Part shown: in pieces, positions 61,563-64,000 of the stretch
Position numbering within the stretch: the first letter of the stretch is position 1
Layout: each line of letters opens with the position of its first letter
Notes under the pieces: generated by a model
The model's database searches: none
Told to the model about the DNA's origin: nothing
What the model saw: the letters and a program-made list of their open reading frames with translations, nothing else
Made by a program: the position numbers and the translations under genes
NCBI GenBank assembly: GCA_977017645.1
Contig: OZ360242.1
Span: 30,194,001-30,258,000, forward strand
Origin: Torpedo marmorata
Taxonomy: Eukaryota
Direction of reading: 5' to 3'
Length of the DNA: 64,000 nt

Positions 61563-64000
61563 ATGTTAAAAAAGGTGAAAGAAATATTGGGAGGTAGGCC
61601 TCTGATTTAAAACATGCATTCCATTCAATGGTTTGACACTGAGGAGGTGTAAAAAGGGTCAATCCACCCATGCACAGTTTAATATTTGGAAAAACCCTGC
61701 AGGCTCGGGTGCTTTCCCCAAACTATAACAGATGTGCTTCCAGAGTAAGTAAGTACCTCGTTGGCTGGCATCTGATCTCCAGCGCACAAAGCACTGGAGT
61801 TTCAGGCAAGGCAATTACAATATTTACAGCTTTGTAGCTGATTAATCATGAGTGTGAAGCAGAGCAAGAAAGGGTAGGGCACGGAAGTGAACGATGAAGG
61901 GGGTGCTGTAGGAATTCCTGCTCTACCAATTAAACCAGGCGCATTTCAACCAGATTTATCTATGTATTTCTTTATATGAGAGGAGAACATGCCAGGAGCA
62001 AAATGACCTGTACACAAAAAACAGTCTGTGAGTGAGTCTGGTTTAATGGGTGTTTATGATTTGCTTTTTGCAGATTCTGGCCGCTTGCTGCAGCGCCAAG
62101 AACTAGATGTTGTTGGTGGTTATGCTGCTGAAATTGATGACAATAACAGCAAAAATTGAAAAGCAGACTCAACATGATGCAGTACGTGATCTTAAACATA
62201 AGTTCAATCAGGCTGCTTGTTGAATGATAATTTGCCTTAGAAATTGTGCAGATAAAAATCTCTTTATCACAGCTTTAACCAATTTTGCACATATTTCTAG
62301 GTCTTTAATAAGGTAGGGCTTTTTATGTGTGAGTATTTTGGGTATTCTAATGCCGTTTTTTGGTGACAACAGCAGTGTACGTCCAATATTTTTTCCTGTT
62401 CGTATTAGTCTGTTTCAGGACTGACACTGTTCATCAAGCTGAGCATTATTTAAAGGCAGAGAACAACTCTTCTCATAGTCATTAAGCAGACTGCAGCCCA
62501 ACTCTGCCAAAGAAATCTCAACCCCACACCTTCCACGCCTCATCTTAAAATTAAGTGGCCACAAACGCCGAAACAAATCCTGCAAGGAAAGTGGTTTTGT
62601 GTTCATCAGATTGAAAATGAGAATAAAAATGAGTGGAGGAAAACATCTGACAAAAGAGGTGGTAATCATTGAAGAAATTGCTGGGAAGGTGATTGTTCGA
62701 GCATGGCTGCATTGCAGTCAAATGCCCCTTCCAGGTGTGAATGAGCGACAAATATAGAGGCATTCACAGCAGGGTCCCGAGACTGAGGGTGACTTTGAGA
62801 GCAATGCAAGCAGTTGTGTGTGTGTGACAGACATGCCTCACGTTTGTGGTGACATTTTCTCTGACGGTAGTGACTCCACCCCCATTGGCTTTAAAGTAAA
62901 AGGCTTTAGGAACAAACTTGTAGCTCATTAAAAAAAAGCCTTATTTTAAATCACTGCTGTGCAGTCATACCTTTAGGATTGTTCTAGAAGAAAGCCCAGC
63001 TGATCTGGTATACTACAAAGGTCTTTCTTTCTTTCAAGTTTCACAAACATCCATAATTCAGATTTATGATTTCACATTCAGATATGGTCCAAATTAGTAA
63101 CAACTCTGCACTCTCTCCTTCAATACTTTCTGTTCCTAATAGAAGTGTTGAGTTTGAATATTGGCATTCCTATCAAAATGAAGATTTACTTCTGACAAAG
63201 ACTTGCCTTGAGTCAATTCTTCTGAGGCAGTAGGAAACAGTTGCAATTGTGTATGATTCCTATTTAAATTTCAAAACAATAGTGGTCCCTGCCAGAAGTA
63301 ATTACTATGAAAGTGACCATGGATATATTTCAAACTACAACCTCTCTTAGATTTCCACTGAACTAACTGTCCTCATAAACAACCACATGCCCTTGCTTTC
63401 AAGGTTGTTTGGAAGCTGTAATTTAATGGTGGAAACACATGCCTGGGTGCAAGATATTAATTGTCAACACACTTTAGGATATTCTGTGTATAAAGGAGTC
63501 TGACCTTGCAATATTGTTTTAATAAACAGCATTATTTAGAAATCTGCACATTTATATTCATTTTACTTTTAATTAAAAATCACATTATTTGTCCCATCCA
63601 TTAATTTGTTTATTGTAAGCTTAGAAACAACGCCATAATATAATATAACCCAAGATCTTTCATTGCGCAAGTATGAATGTGCACAAGTAGACAATATTAA
63701 TCAGAAACTTTCAGTGTTAGAATGAAATTGCGACGACAAAGAAAACGATGGCCCATTATTTCATTGCCTACCTTGTGATGGTAAAGTTTCAGGATTTTCA
63801 GCCAGCAGTGATGAAGGAACATGGATATATTTACAAGTCAGGACAGGTTTTGACTTGAAAGGAGTAGGGAGTTGCTGGTGTTTTCAGTACACTTGTATCC
63901 TAAACAATAAAGGTTATGGGTTTGAGAAGTGCTACTGAGAAGTTTTAAGTTGTGGCAAAGGATCTTGTAGATGGTTTGCAGCATAGTCATGATGCATCAG

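Overview
This is vertebrate genomic DNA, not prokaryotic. The repeat content (V-type and Deu-type SINEs, CR1, Rex/Babar, L1 and Penelope-like fragments) suggests a cartilaginous fish (inference). The window holds the 5' end of a TNRC18-like gene on the + strand: a CCAAT/TALE-motif promoter near 19.3 kb, a probable non-coding exon 1, and the first coding exon at 21388-21589 (MDGRDFGHHRTVHVPSPLLTGLGMEAHRVG...). I found no further coding exon, so the rest appears to be one intron longer than 42 kb. The first ~31 kb is CpG-rich and poor in long repeats; the remainder is CpG-poor and dense in mobile elements. The standout feature is a complete, antisense BEL/Pao-type LTR element at 43009-48835 with a 5-bp CAGAT target-site duplication (TSD). 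It lacks RT, RNase H and the integrase core. It instead carries two apparently host-derived modules: an SLTM/SAFB-like SAP domain at the Gag N-terminus and a MIPOL1-like coiled-coil segment where pol should be. Protein family assignments come from my recollection of family sequences and need database confirmation. Identity figures were counted by eye.
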